Source of the DNA: Eledone cirrhosa
Lineage: Eukaryota
Length of the DNA: 64,000 nt
NCBI GenBank assembly: GCA_964016885.1
Contig: OZ024742.1
Span: forward strand, 30,318,001 to 30,382,000
Reading direction: 5' to 3'
The number at the start of each line of letters is the position of its first letter. Position 1 is the first letter of the stretch. The position numbers and the translations under genes were made by a program. The notes below the pieces were generated by a model. It worked only from the letters and a program-made list of their open reading frames with translations. It searched no databases and was not told where the DNA came from. Shown piece by piece: positions 25,731 to 39,774 of this stretch.

Positions 25731-27635
25731 CAACAAGTGACATAGACATGCTGATAGAAATAATCAAGCAAAAAGTGTCGGCCAAAGCTGTTCGTATAAG
25801 GCGCTTTGAAAAACGATCTAGATTCTATAAGGACAATAATATGTTCAAAAACAACCAAAGAAACTTCTACAGAAAATTGGCAAGTCAACAATAACTGCTA
25901 AATCAATACCACCCAAGGAAGAAATATAAGGAGCCAGAAAAGATACCATCATGGTTAGTTAACGGCATTACATTCCTACTTCCGAAGAATGATGCGACAA
26001 ACAATCCCAAAAATTACAGACCGATAACTTGCTTGACTCCAATGTATAAAATTTTAACATCAGTCCTAACTGAATACACATATGACCACCTGATAACAAA
26101 TTATCTATTTCCCAATGAGCAGAAAGGGTGTAAACGAGGCTCATATGGCTGTAAAGATCAGCTTTTGGTTAACAAAATGATACTGGAAGATTGTCATAAT
26201 AGACATAAAAATCTATCAATTGCTTGGATAGATTATAAAAAAGTATTCGATAGTTTGCCACACAGTTGGATTGAAAAATGTTTAGAGATTTTCAAAATAT
26301 CTCCCGTTGTCAGGAGGTTCCTGTCATTCAGTATGAAGACATGGAAAACGACACTCCTTTTGAATAGTGAAAAAAAATCACTGGAAGCTGGAGAAGTTAA
26401 TATTAATTGTGGAATTTTTCAGGGTGACTCTTTATCACCTCTTTTATTCTGCATCGCACTTATACCATTAAGTAAAATGCTCAATGAAACAAAACATGGA
26501 TATAAAGTCTATGACAAAACCATTAATCACTTGTTCTACATGGATGACCTGAAACTATTTGCAAAAAATGATGAACAATTGCAAGGGCTATTATACACTA
26601 TGAAGCAGTTCAGTGATGACATTAAAATGGAGTTTGGACTAGATAAATGCGCCAAAGCAACGTTCACCAGAGGAAAGTTGCTGAAAGGTTCAGACATTAA
26701 TCTTGATCGGGGGAATGTGATAAGAGAACTTGATCAAGAGGAAACTTACAAATATCTAGGTGTTTGTGAAGGAGACGGAATCAAGCACTCGACAATGAGG
26801 GAAAGGATAAGGAAAGAATGTTACCGCAGAGTAAGAGCAATCTTAAGAACGGAATTGAATGCAGGGAATAGGATTGATGCCATAAAGACGCTTGCCATAC
26901 CAGTAGTAACCTACAGTTACAATGTCATCAACTGGTCAAGCACAGAGATCCGTAGGTTCGATACAAAAATTCGAAAATTCTTAACCATGCACAGAATGCA
27001 TCACCCTAAGGCAGATACAGATAGAATATATCTCCCTAGGAAAGAAGGAGGACGTGGGTTAATCCAGTTAGATATTGCGTTGAAAACTGCAACAATTGGA
27101 TTATCTACATATCTAAGGGAATCACATGATTGGATGATCAAACTCGTTTTGAAACACGAAAGCATCAAAAGATCATACTCCATTACAAAAGATGCACAAA
27201 GATACAGTAATGGACTACAAATTTCAGAAGTTCCATTTACTGCTGAAATGAAAAGCACAGAAAAAGCAAAGCAGGTAAAAGTAACTGCAAAGAAAGAACT
27301 GCTACAGAAACTGGCTAAGAATGGCAAGAAAAGCCTCTGTATGGAAAATACCCAGAAAGAGCTAACAATCCTGTTGACAAAACTTTAACCCATCAGTGGT
27401 TGGCATCCTCTGGACTGAAATCGGAGACTGAAGGACTGATTAGTGTCTGACAACAAAAAATTACCAAGCCAACATAATAAAGAATGGATGCAACCCATTA
27501 TGCCGTGTATGTAAAATCAACCAGAGACCATTGATCATATAATTTCAATGTGCAGTCATATAGCTTAAACAGGCATGACAGTGCTGCACAATACATACAT
27601 TGGATAATGTGTAAGCATTTTGCTCTACCCCATCA
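25731..27635 (+). pseudogene. R4/Dong-like LINE RT fragment (main ORF 26033-27388)
   Basis: NYRPITCL, QKGC, GCKDQLL, WIDYKK, GIFQGDSLSPLLF, YMDDLKL, GGRGL; CRVC..RHD downstream. Confidence 0.88.
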
Positions 27636-28194
27636 AAAGAATATCAGATTTATTTTTAAAAACTTGGAAAAAACGCTTCCCCACCCCACAAAAAATAAGG
27701 AAATTTTCGACCTTGAAACGGTAAACAACGTAACAACTCTGGATCTTCTACTCGCACAAACACACAGACATACAAACATATACATAAACAGACACACACG
27801 TCCGCGCACACACACATACACACACATACAAACACATACACATACAAACACATACAAACACATACATATACATACATGCACATACATACACATACACATA
27901 CATACACATACATACACAAATAGTGGTTTCTGATTTAGGAACAAGGCCAACAATTTTTGGTGAAGAGAAAGTCGATTAAATTAACCCCAGTGCGTTACTG
28001 GTACTCTATTTTAGTAAGGCACTCGGGTCAATTTAATCGACTTTTCCCTCCCTCAAAATGTATTGGCATTGTGACATAATAGGAAAAACAACAACAATAA
28101 TAATAATAATATACTTACGAAGCGTAACCAGACGTTGGAATTCAAGACTTGTTCTTGTTCATTCTGAAAAGGATAAAACAAAAGTATATTTCAT

Positions 28195-28759
28195 AAACTA
28201 CAATTACAGCTACTACAACCACAATTGCTGCTGCAGCTGCTACTACCACTACCAATACTACTACTGCTAATACTACTACACTGTTACTACTACTACCAAT
28301 ACTACTACTACTACTACTACTACTACACTGTTACTACCACTACCAATACTACTACTACTACCACCACCACTGCTACTACCACTACTAATACTACCACCAC
28401 CACTGTTACTACAACTACCAATACTACTACTACTACCACTACTACTGTTACTATCACTACCAATAATACTACTACTACTACCACCACCACTGTTACTACA
28501 ACTACCAATACTACCACCACCACTACTGTTACTACCACTACCAATACTACTACTACCACCACCACTGTTATTACCACTAATACTATTACTAACACTACTA
28601 CGACCTCAGTCTTTACTGCTCCTACTACCACTCCCAACACTGTCAACAATGACGATGATGATGATATTGCTGATTATGATGAGAATGTTCATAGTGGTGG
28701 TGGGGGAGGGGGAGAAGTGTGTCTATAGCGATAACAATGACGATGATGATGATGAAGAA

Positions 28760-28847
<88 letters not shown>

Positions 28848-28890
28848 GTGGTGATGATGATGATGATGATGGTGGTGATGGTAATGACGA
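28195..28890. repeat. (ACT/ACC)n then (GAT)n
   Basis: Trinucleotide repeats. Confidence 0.9.
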
Positions 28891-28952
28891 TATCATGATC
28901 GAAGTGGTCACACAACTTTTGTACCGTTTCCATTAACACTAATACTATCACA

Positions 28953-29002
<50 letters not shown>

Positions 29003-29109
29003 ATACATATATATATATATATGCTTGTGTGTAAGTGTGTGTGTATGTATGTATCTATATAATATATATATATACATAGGTATGTATGTATATATATATT
29101 TATTATATA

Positions 29110-30005
29110 CTAGCAGTGGTACCCGGCGTTGCACGGGATAAGGTATTTTTGAACGCGGGCCGCCAATAGACCTAATCGTGGAAAAACTGTATGCCTGGAC
29201 AATATGTAAAGAAAATAAACCGAATACTCTGATGGCTGGATAATCTTTAAGATTTTCCTCGATAAAGTAGTAAAAATGCAGGTTTTCACCTAATGCGGGC
29301 CCTAGAGGATCAAGAAAAGGAAATTTTTTTTATGTGCATAATATGCCTTGAAATTTCGGGAAAATTGGCTAGACGTAACGCCTCCAAAAAGCCCTAAAAA
29401 GCTGAAAAAATGAAGTTTTTCACCTAATGCGGGCCCTAGGCCATAAAAAAGTTGAATTTTCTTTGCTCACAGTATGAAGAAGAGACTGACTAATACATAG
29501 TTACAATTTCAAGGAAATCGGTCTGACGTAACGCCTCAAAAAACCCCTAATATGCTTTAAAATGCAGTTTTTCACCTAATGCGGGCCCTAGGAGATCAAA
29601 AGGTTGAACACTCCCTGAAACATAAGTAATACACATGTAAAGTTTGAAAAAATCGGTTGAGTACTTCTCGAGTTTTAGGGATTCAAACTCACAGACATAC
29701 ACACAGACAGACATCCTCAGGGAAGTGACGTAATGCAGACAGACAGACATACAGACAAATATTATAAGGGCGCGACGTTATATGTATGTATCTATCTAAA
29801 AAGAGAAAACTTATAGAGAGAGATTGCTAAATTGCTTAATGCGGTCCCTATGACATTGAAAATTTGAATTTTTTTTTGCTCCGAACACTCCCTGAAACAA
29901 GTATTACATGTGTAAAGTTTGAAAACAGTCGGTTGGGTGCTTCTCGAGTTTTAGGGATTCAAACTCACACACACAGACAGACATCCTCAGTTTTATATAT
30001 ATAGA
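29110..30005 (-). mobile_element. Non-autonomous Helitron with internal tandem duplications
   Basis: Minus A|TCTATATATATAAAACTGAGGATG...cccgtgcaacgccggg-taccactg-CTAG|T. Confidence 0.85.
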
Positions 30006-30184
30006 TATCTATATATGTAAATGTATATATATTCATATAATATATGTATGTATATATATATATATATTTATATATATGTAAATGTATATATATATATATC
30101 TCATATAATATATGTATGTATATATATATATTTATATAATGTGTATATGTATGCATATATTTATATAATATATATATGTATATT

Positions 30185-30490
30185 ATATAAATATATAAAT
30201 ATAAATATATATAAATATAAATATATATAAATATAAATATATATAAATATAAATATATATAAATATAAATATAAATATATATAAATATAAATATATATAA
30301 ATATAAATATATATAAATATAAATATATATAAATATAAATATAAATATATATAAATATAAATATATATAAATATAAATATATATAAATATAAATATATAT
30401 AAATATAAATATAAATATATATAAATATAAATATATATAAATATAAATATATATAAATATAAATATATATAAATATAAATATATATAAAT
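30185..30490. repeat. Compound (ATATAA/AT)n higher-order microsatellite
   Basis: Regular periodic pattern. Confidence 0.85.
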
Positions 30491-30669
30491 ATATATATGT
30501 ATATATATATCATTATAAGAAAGTGAATGAAATATATTTCAGTCACTTTCTTATAATGATTAAGGTTCGATTTTATTCTCTGAATTCTATCTTGAGCTGT
30601 TTTTAGAGACAAGACATATGTTTGATTGTGTATCATTCATGACACCCTTTACTTTGAATGTAGTAGTAA

Positions 30670-30781
30670 TTGTTTCTACTTTTGGCACAAGGCCAGTAAT
30701 TATCCCAGTACATTACTGGTACTTTATTTTATCTACCCCCCGTGAGGATGAAAGACAAAGTTAACCTCGGCGGGATTTGAA
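30670..30781 (-). mobile_element. SINE family 1, 5'-truncated
   Basis: Match to other copies. Confidence 0.8.
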
Positions 30782-30794
30782 TGTAATAATAATG

Positions 30795-30991
<197 letters not shown>

Positions 30992-31034
30992 CATTTAGAA
31001 ACACACAGATACATGAGGACACACACATATATAC

Positions 31035-31602
31035 ATGAATGCATCCGCACCCAACTGTGAGTTAAGGGTACCAACTTCAACGATGTTGCTCAATGAATAA
31101 CTGGGACAGACCAATTCAGTTTGAACCAGACTGAACCAGTATCAGAGTTAAAAATACATTATGAAGAGAGAAGAAACATTTAGATATAATTAGTAATAAA
31201 ATGTATCATACCTAAACTGTTCCTAAATTCCTCGACTACGTAGTTTCGTGGCATAAACAAAAACAATATATCAAAGATATAGAGTCCTTGCGAGGTCTGC
31301 CGACTTATCAAGAGGATACCTCATTTTACTAGTCTCAAGAACGCGTCTACACGACGTGAGAAAGAATCCCAAAAGGCGGAGGGGGAGATAGTCACGCGAT
31401 ATAACGGTGTAGACGCGTTCTTGAGACTAGTAAAATGAGGTATCCTCTTGATAAGTCGGCAGACCTCGCAAGGACTCTATATCTTTGATATATTGTTTTT
31501 GTTTATGCCACGAAACTACGTAGTCGAGGAATTTAGGAACAGTTTAGGTATGATACATTTTATTACTAATTATATCTAAATGTTTCTTCTCTCTTCATAA
31601 TG

Positions 31603-31607
<5 letters not shown>
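31035..31607. mobile_element. PLE hairpin insertion (arms 31152-31353 / 31407-31607; tail on left)
   Basis: 200-bp inverted arms, hammerheads, motif 31088-31148 (-). Confidence 0.82.
31443..31530 (+). ncRNA. Hammerhead, U3-A8 variant (inverted copy 31229-31316)
   Basis: tcctc-TTGATAA-gtcggca...tgccac-GAAA-c-tacgta-GTC-gagga. Confidence 0.8.
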
Positions 31608-31650
<43 letters not shown>

Positions 31651-31680
31651 ATATATATATATAAATATATATATATATAA

Positions 31681-31886
31681 ATATTGTTATACTTTGGGAG
31701 GGTCATGTTGCCAATAAGAAACACACGCACCAGTTGCTTTCACTTCAATTTATTATATATCTATAAATTTACAAATCTACAAACTCATAAATTTCTGGTT
31801 GGTTGGTTGGTTCCCAAAGTATAACAATATCGGTTTCAACACACGATTTCAGATAAAGAATCTTGCTAAACAAATTCAGAAACGAA

Positions 31887-31888
<2 letters not shown>
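31681..31888. mobile_element. Very short relative of the 838-2959 PLE
   Basis: atattgttatactttggga / tcccaaagtataacaatat inverted termini plus acacacgatttca tail. Confidence 0.75.
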
Positions 31889-31939
<51 letters not shown>

Positions 31940-31942
31940 AAT

Positions 31943-31973
<31 letters not shown>

Positions 31974-31982
31974 AATATAAAT

Positions 31983-32443
<461 letters not shown>

Positions 32444-32447
32444 ATAT

Positions 32448-32525
<78 letters not shown>

Positions 32526-32539
32526 ATATATATATAAAT

Positions 32540-32945
32540 TTCAAATTTGGCGGTCATTCGAGGTGAGAGAGAGCAACTTTACGGACACGATTTTTAACAG
32601 CAGTAAGAAATTGTTTTCTTATATCGATGTTTAACGGGCTTCCACTGATGATTTATAAGTGCCCACCTAAATATATTCTTACATGAATATATATTAGGCT
32701 TCTACATAAACTGGAAACATTCTCCCAACTTGTAGAAAACTTATAATGAAACAATTGTTTGGAAAGAGAGATATACTTTAACTTTAATTATATCTCATAA
32801 AATAATACAACTGGTTTTTCCACATTATACATATTGTTAGCAACCCAAACACTTAAATTGGGTTTATATTCTAATATAACCTAATGTTTGTTGAGTGAGA
32901 TGGTTACCAGTCAGAGTTTAGCTTTAAACTATCTCGGTTATTGTA
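32540..32945 (+). mobile_element. Probable PLE 3' end
   Basis: CTGATGA-tttat...ataaa-ctg-GAAA candidate hammerhead (32646-32725), motif 32868-32896, (TA)n flanks. Confidence 0.5.
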
Positions 32946-32946
32946 T

Positions 32947-33082
<136 letters not shown>

Positions 33083-33125
33083 ATATATTATTATATATAT
33101 ATATATTATATATATATATATATAT

Positions 33126-33640
33126 ATTACCCTTCACCAGGACTGAATACCTCTATGCCAATGTGTTGAACGGTTGAAAAATATAAAGTATTTTCTTAAC
33201 TACACATCGGCTGAGTAGCCTCATTTGCATACCGAGCGAGTTACGGCTGGCTTTACCGAATATTAAAAATAAAATTAGAATCATATTTCTGGCTGTAGCA
33301 CAGCTGATACATATAAGTATCAGCTGTGCTACAGCCAGAAATATGATTCTAATTTTATTTTTAATATTCGGTAAAGCCAGCCGTAACTCGCTCGGTATGC
33401 AAATGAGGCTACTCAGCCGATGTGTAGTTAAGAAAATACTTTATATTTTCAACCGTTCAACACATTGGCATAGAGGTATTCAGTCCTGGTGAAGGGTAAT
33501 GACCCAGAAACGTGTTGATTGTTCCTCAAAGCCAGTGTTGAGCAAACAGGTGATGTTCGGTCCCCGGCAGTTCCTAATCGGGCCGTTTGTTTACAAACGA
33601 ATCGAACATTATTATTAATATTCGATATAACCCAAACCTA
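33126..33640. mobile_element. PLE palindrome (33126-33500) with tail (33501-33640)
   Basis: ~185-bp arms; hammerhead-like 33481-33521; motif 33521-33543. Confidence 0.78.
33481..33521 (+). ncRNA. Minimal hammerhead-like motif (A6G)
   Basis: cagtc-CTGGTGA-agggt-aatg-accc-a-GAAA-cgt-GTT-gattg. Confidence 0.55.
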
Positions 33641-33644
33641 CATA

Positions 33645-33713
<69 letters not shown>

Positions 33714-33773
33714 TATATTTATATTTATTATATTTATATTTATATATATATTTATATATTATATTTATATTTA

Positions 33774-33895
<122 letters not shown>

Positions 33896-33987
33896 TATAT
33901 ATATATGTATATATATGTATGTGTGTGTGCGTATGCATACTTACTTTTATGTATCAGCTGTGCTAGAGCGAGAAATATAATTCTTAT

Positions 33988-34029
<42 letters not shown>

Positions 34030-34032
<3 letters not shown>

Positions 34033-34362
34033 AGGTGTATTATTGTTTGTGTCAAACGGTCCAATAAAATGTTTGTTAGCAATATTAAGTTCTCCACGCT
34101 TTTGTATATCTCCAATTCCATTTATGGGAACAGCTAGATGATGTAAAACGGAGTATTTGTATCAAAATAAAGGGAGGAATAAACTCTGTGAATGAACACC
34201 GTTAATTTTCTCCCTCATATCAAGGATTTGAAGACAATTCATTTTCACCTGACGAGATCAGTGATAATCGATCATGGCTACACGATCGATCTACCTCTTA
34301 TTGAAACATGTGTCCTGATTAAAATGATTGGAAATTTATACCATGCCTTCGGATCTTTATTT

Positions 34363-34366
<4 letters not shown>
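34030..34366 (+). mobile_element. Possible PLE remnant with degenerate hammerhead (34248-34318)
   Basis: CTGACGA...GAAA-c-atgt-GTC between (TA)n tracts; stems weak. Confidence 0.4.
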
Positions 34367-34431
<65 letters not shown>

Positions 34432-34438
<7 letters not shown>

Positions 34439-34785
34439 GTGAGGTTTTTTTTTACAAAATGAAAAATAACCGAGGTGTCCTACACGAGTGAAAGTATAAA
34501 GAAAAAGAGATGAAATCGAAAATGCAACTGGAGTGTTATTTTTTTTTTAAATATATATATTTATTTGGTTCCTTTACCGGTTTCGCAGTTCTTCTGCTTT
34601 TCAAAAGGTGAGTTGAGATGGAGGGTCTGTGGTTTTTCTCACATGTGAGAAAAACCACAGACCCTCCATCTCAACTCACCTTTTGAAAAGCAGAAGAACT
34701 GCGAAACCGGTAAAGGAACCAAATAAATATATATATTTTTTTTTTAAATAAGACTCCAGTTGCATTTTCGATTTCATCTCTTTTT

Positions 34786-34792
<7 letters not shown>
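34432..34792. mobile_element. PLE zero-spacer palindrome (34495-34792) with tail on left
   Basis: Centre tctcaca|tgtgaga; hammerhead in each arm. Confidence 0.8.
34679..34716 (+). ncRNA. Minimal hammerhead, U3-A8 variant (inverted copy 34571-34608)
   Basis: cctt-TTGAAAA-gcag-aagaa-ctgc-GAAA-ccg-GTA-aagg. Confidence 0.78.
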
Positions 34793-34815
<23 letters not shown>

Positions 34816-34819
<4 letters not shown>

Positions 34820-34971
34820 AAATTTCGTTATAACGAAATTCACGGGGTATAAAAAAAATTCGTTATAATGAAAAATCCTTTATAACGAGATCAATCTAAC
34901 ACATGGAGCGTGTGGCTGGAGATTGAAAAAATTTCGTTATACTGAAAAATTCGTTATAACCGAATTTTACC
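34816..34971. mobile_element. Tc1/pogo-type MITE
   Basis: Imperfect TIRs gtaaaatttcgttataacga / tcgttataaccgaattttac; internal ttcgttataa repeats. Confidence 0.55.
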
Positions 34972-35053
34972 TTGGACCTGTTATTTTTACCTAAAGAAAT
35001 TTTTTCCAATTACAACCCACCCGTCTCCTCAATCTATCTTATTTCTCATTCTT

Positions 35054-35089
35054 TCTTCTGATGAAGGACTAGCGTCCGAAACGTTAAGA
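35054..35089 (+). ncRNA. Canonical-core minimal hammerhead
   Basis: tctt-CTGATGA-aggac-tagc-gtcc-GAAA-cGTT-aaga. Confidence 0.78.
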
Positions 35090-35173
35090 CCCTCTTCCTG
35101 CTATATCAAGCGTTAACCTAATATATCCCTTCCATATACTGTACCGATTGTGTTGTTATTTCTGTTTACCTTT

Positions 35174-35242
<69 letters not shown>

Positions 35243-35249
35243 ATAATAA

Positions 35250-35503
35250 TAAATTTGAAGACTAAAATCCAAAGAGGGCTCGATAAGGATAAATATATAT
35301 CAAATATATAAGAACCGTAGAGCAAATATTTATTAAAATAACAGATTAAAGTTTAAGCAAAGAATCGCTGCTTTCACCCTTAACGAGATCTTCTGAAACT
35401 TCTGTTTCACCCTTAACAGGATCTTCTGAAACAGAAGTTTCAGAAGATCCCGTTAAGGGTGAAAGCAGCGATTCTTTGCTTAAACTTTAATCTGTTATTT
35501 TAA

Positions 35504-35504
<1 letters not shown>
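35250..35504. mobile_element. PLE hairpin insertion (arms 35332-35504; tail on left)
   Basis: Inverted repeat with centre duplication; motif 35278-35323 (-). Confidence 0.7.
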
Positions 35505-35565
<61 letters not shown>

Positions 35566-36189
35566 TTTAAATATATATATACATATAATATAATTCCACG
35601 CTATGGTAAACGACACTTTCCCAGAGAGAGAGAGAGAAAGAGAGAGAGACATACCAGTTCGAGAATCTGTCGTAATCCGATGTCAATAAAAACTACGATG
35701 GATCCGTTGTTAGCGTCACAGTTTGGTCGAACTTTGTTCGAATAGTTTGTTAGTATTGAGTTCTTCAATGCCATATAATCTTCGTTTTCTGTAGCAGAGA
35801 GATATAAAGATCAACTATAAATATGATTACATACATAGGGGAGTGTGTTTGTGTGTGTATGTGTGTGTGTGTGCGCGCGCGCGTGTGTGTGTTGGGTGCG
35901 TTAAACACCAGTGTAGTGAAAACATTAAGACATTAACTGAATGAGCACTCAATACATGTGAGCAGAATGTAAAATTTATTGAAAAGAGAATTGGTAGTGA
36001 CTTCGAAGTTTCAACTATTGCTTTATCTGGCTGCTGTGTCTAGATTTTGGCTTTTTATAAGTTTCCTTTCTGGCTGTGGGTTGTGGTTATACTTATCTGG
36101 TGAAGGTGGGTGAGGTTGCATGTGGCAGGATTGAAGGTGGGCGAGGCTGTATGTATCTCAATGTGAGTAGGGGTGAGCGAAGGTTGGTA

Positions 36190-36490
36190 ACTTCGTGCTA
36201 AAAGTGTTTGGTTCACAATCTTAAGGTCGTGATCTCGATTTCCGGACTGGGTACTGCGTTGTGTCCTTGAGCAAGGCACTTTATTTCCCGTTACTTCAAT
36301 CCACTCAGCTGGCAAAAATAAGTTGTACCTTGTAATATAAGGAGCCAGCCTTTGTTACACATTGTGTCACGCTGAATCTCCCTGAGAATTACCTATAATT
36401 TGGTACAGGTGTCTGTAGAATATTCAGCCACTTACACGTTCATTTCATGAGCAGGCTGTTCCGTTGATGGAACAACTGGAACACTGATCT
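36190..36490 (+). mobile_element. SINE family 2
   Basis: ccttgagcaaggcactttatttc...ccactcagctggcaaaaat. Confidence 0.75.
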
Positions 36491-36984
36491 TCTTCGAAAC
36501 CCACGGAGGTCCATTCCTTGTGGAAATGAAAGTATCAGTTTTGAGCAAGAGGAATATGTTGTACCAGAAACTTACCTGCAGCGAAAACTACCGGAGTGAA
36601 AACTGTTGATAGAAGTAAGACACATGAATATGTCTGTGTTGACATCATCATAATCTTTTTCATCATCATCATCATCGTCTTAATCAGTGTCGTCTTCATC
36701 ATCGTCTTCTTAATCATCGCCTTCATCATCTTCCTCTTCAGAATCGTCTTCATCATCATCATCATCGTCATCATCACCATCTTCATCATCTTGTTACTGG
36801 AAGCAAAGAAAAATTTATGAAACTTGTTGAAAGTCAACATAATGGAAACTCATGGAGTTGTAAAACAAAAACTATTCTCTAAACAACACTTAAAATATTT
36901 TAAACATCAAAATATTAAAACTTCATAAATATATTTTACACTCATGAGAATTTCAAAGCCACTCTATCTAAACATAAAGTGCTG

Positions 36985-37093
36985 GTTAGCTACCTCGACT
37001 TATAAACGGGATTTGGATTTTTGCCCATTTCTCAGACAAAAAATTAAAGGTCGGTTAAAATAGGGACCGGCATATATTCGAGTATATACGGTA
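36985..37093. mobile_element. Possible pogo/Tigger-like transposon end
   Basis: Ends tatattcgagtatatacgg-TA. Confidence 0.35.
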
Positions 37094-37117
37094 AATATTA
37101 CTAAAGAAATCGAGGGT

Positions 37118-37330
37118 GTAGGATCAGCAGAATTGATAGAGCTTCCGGTAAAATGTCATTGTGGTATTTACTCTAGATATTTACATTCTGAGTTCAAATC
37201 CGAACAAATTCAATTTTCCCTTCCATCCTTCTGCGGTCACTAAAATAAAGTACCAGTTAAATACTAGGGTTGATTTGCTCAAATTTGCCCTTTCCCTAAA
37301 TATCCTGATCTTGTTTCTAAATTCGAAATC
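37118..37330 (+). mobile_element. Diverged SINE family 1
   Basis: ttctgagttcaaatcc...taaaataaagtaccagtt. Confidence 0.7.
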
Positions 37331-37397
37331 AATAACATTAAAGCTACCAAATAATTTATTATCCACACACGCCTGCTCGTAAACATGCACACACATA

Positions 37398-37882
37398 TTA
37401 GGGGGTGCTGAAAAGTTTCTTGCTTTGGGTAAAAAAAAATACAGGAGGATCAGTTAAAATAAATACAGGTGGATCAGTTAAAATAAAATATAGGAGGATC
37501 AGTTAAAATAAAATATTGGAGGATCAGTTAAAAAAAATATAGGAGGATCAATTAAAATACAGGAGGATCAGTTAAAAGTAAATATTGGAGGATCAGTTAA
37601 AATAAAATACAGGAGGATCAGTTAAAATAAAATACAAGAGGATAAGTTAAAAGTAAATATTGGAGGATCAGTTGAAAGTAAATATTGGAGGATCAGTTAA
37701 AATACAGGAGGATAAGTTATAATACAGGAGGATCAGTTAAAATACAGGAAGATCAGTTATAATACAGGAGGATCAGTTATAATACAAGAGGATCAGTTAA
37801 AGGGAAATACAGGAAGATCAGTTAATTATGATTTCATTCAACATATTCCCCTCTCAAATCCACACACTTATTGCAGTGGTCC
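37398..37882 (-). mobile_element. Mariner 3' end with internal ~17-23-bp tandem expansion
   Basis: TIR-like ggggtgctgaaaagtt; minus translation DHCNKCVDLRGEYVE* (mariner C-terminus). Confidence 0.7.
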
Positions 37883-37934
37883 TACCTCCCTTGTAAAGGT
37901 AACAGCTCATCCTTTAGCAGTGATAGTATTGTTA

Positions 37935-39460
37935 ATGTGGTGGTTGCGGTGGTGTGGCGGTGGTAGTGGTGGTTATGGTGGTGGTGGTTGTGTTCGTGGT
38001 GGTGGTGGTGTTGATATTGTTGTCGTTTGTGGTGGTGGTGGTGGTGGTGGTGATATTCTTGATGTTGTTGATGGTGGTGATGATGATGGTGGTGTTTGTT
38101 GTTATTGATGCTGTTGTGCTGGTTGTTGTTATTATTGGTGTCGATGTCCTCGTTGCTTCCCAATCACGCCACACACACCCCACCCACCCACACCCCACAC
38201 ACCCCTCACTAACCACCACCCCACCACCATACCCCACCACCACCACACACCACCTAGAATTATCGCCAGCTGTTCCAACAACCATCTTCACACATCAACT
38301 TTTATTTACATTGTCCAATTGTTTCAAGCGTTGATTGGTCGTTAGTGGCAACCAAATATTATGGCCGTCCTCGCCATCTTCAGAGTGTTGTCAACACCAC
38401 CACCACCACCACCACCACCACCACCACCACCACTACCACTACCACCACCACTACCACCATCACCACCACCACCACCACCACTACCACCACCACTACCACC
38501 ATCACCACCACCACCACTACCACCACCACCACCACTACCAACACCACCACCACCACCACTACCACCACCACCACTACCACCACCATCACCACCACTACCA
38601 CTACCACCACTACCATTATCACCACTACCACCACCACCACTACCACCACCACCACCACCACTACCACTACCACCACCACCACCACCACCACTACCACCAC
38701 CACCACCACCACCACTACCACTACCACCACTACCACTACCACCACCACTACCACCACACCCACTACCACCAACACCATCACCACCACCACCACCACTACC
38801 ATTATCACCACTACCACCACCACTACTACTACCACTACCACCACCACTACCACCACCACCACTACCACCACTATCACCACTACCACCACTACCACCAACA
38901 CCATCATCACCACCACCACCACCACTACCACCACCACCACTACTACTACCACTACCACCACCACTACCACCATCACCACCACCACCACTACCACCACCAC
39001 TACTACTACCACTACCACCACCACTACCACCATCACCACCACTACTACTACCACTACCACCACCACTACCACCATCACCACCACCACCACTACCACCACC
39101 ACTACTACTACCACTACCACCACCACTACCACTATCACCACCACCACTACTACCACTACCACCACCACTACCACCATCACCACCACTACCACTACCACCA
39201 CCACCACTACTACTACCACTACCACCACCACTACCACCATCACCACCACCACTACTACCACTACCACCACCGCTACCACCATCACCACCACCACCACCAC
39301 CACCACCACTACTACTACCACTACCACCACCACTACCACCATCACCACCACCACTACTATCACTACCACCACCACTACCACCATCACCACCACCATCACC
39401 ACCACCACTACTATCACTACCACCACCACTACCACCATCACCACCACCATTACCACCAAC
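37935..39460. repeat. (GTG)n and long (CAC/TAC)n arrays
   Basis: Trinucleotide repeats. Confidence 0.92.
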
Positions 39461-39774
39461 ATCGTAACAACAATAACAATCATAACCATTATCTCTTTCT
39501 CCCTCGCTCTTTGTCTATCTCTCTACCTCGCTCTCTCTCTATCTCTCTATCTCCCTCTCACACACACACACACTCTCTCTCTCATTCAGCCCTCGCCTCT
39601 ATCTATCTATTTCCTCCCTCCCTCTCTCTCATTCTATCTACCTATCTACTTCCCAATATATATTTGTGTTTCCTCTACAACTGTGTTGTGGTTTAACCCT
39701 AGGTCAGACCTGTGTAAGCAGACCTACGATCAACTAGTAGTTGTGTTCTAAGGTATTGTAGTGTTTTTGACTGA

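Noticed and set aside
34465-34492. Possible tail motif ACTC-GTGT..ACAC on minus strand
   Set aside because: Lacks the closing GAGY; not counted among the 13 instances.
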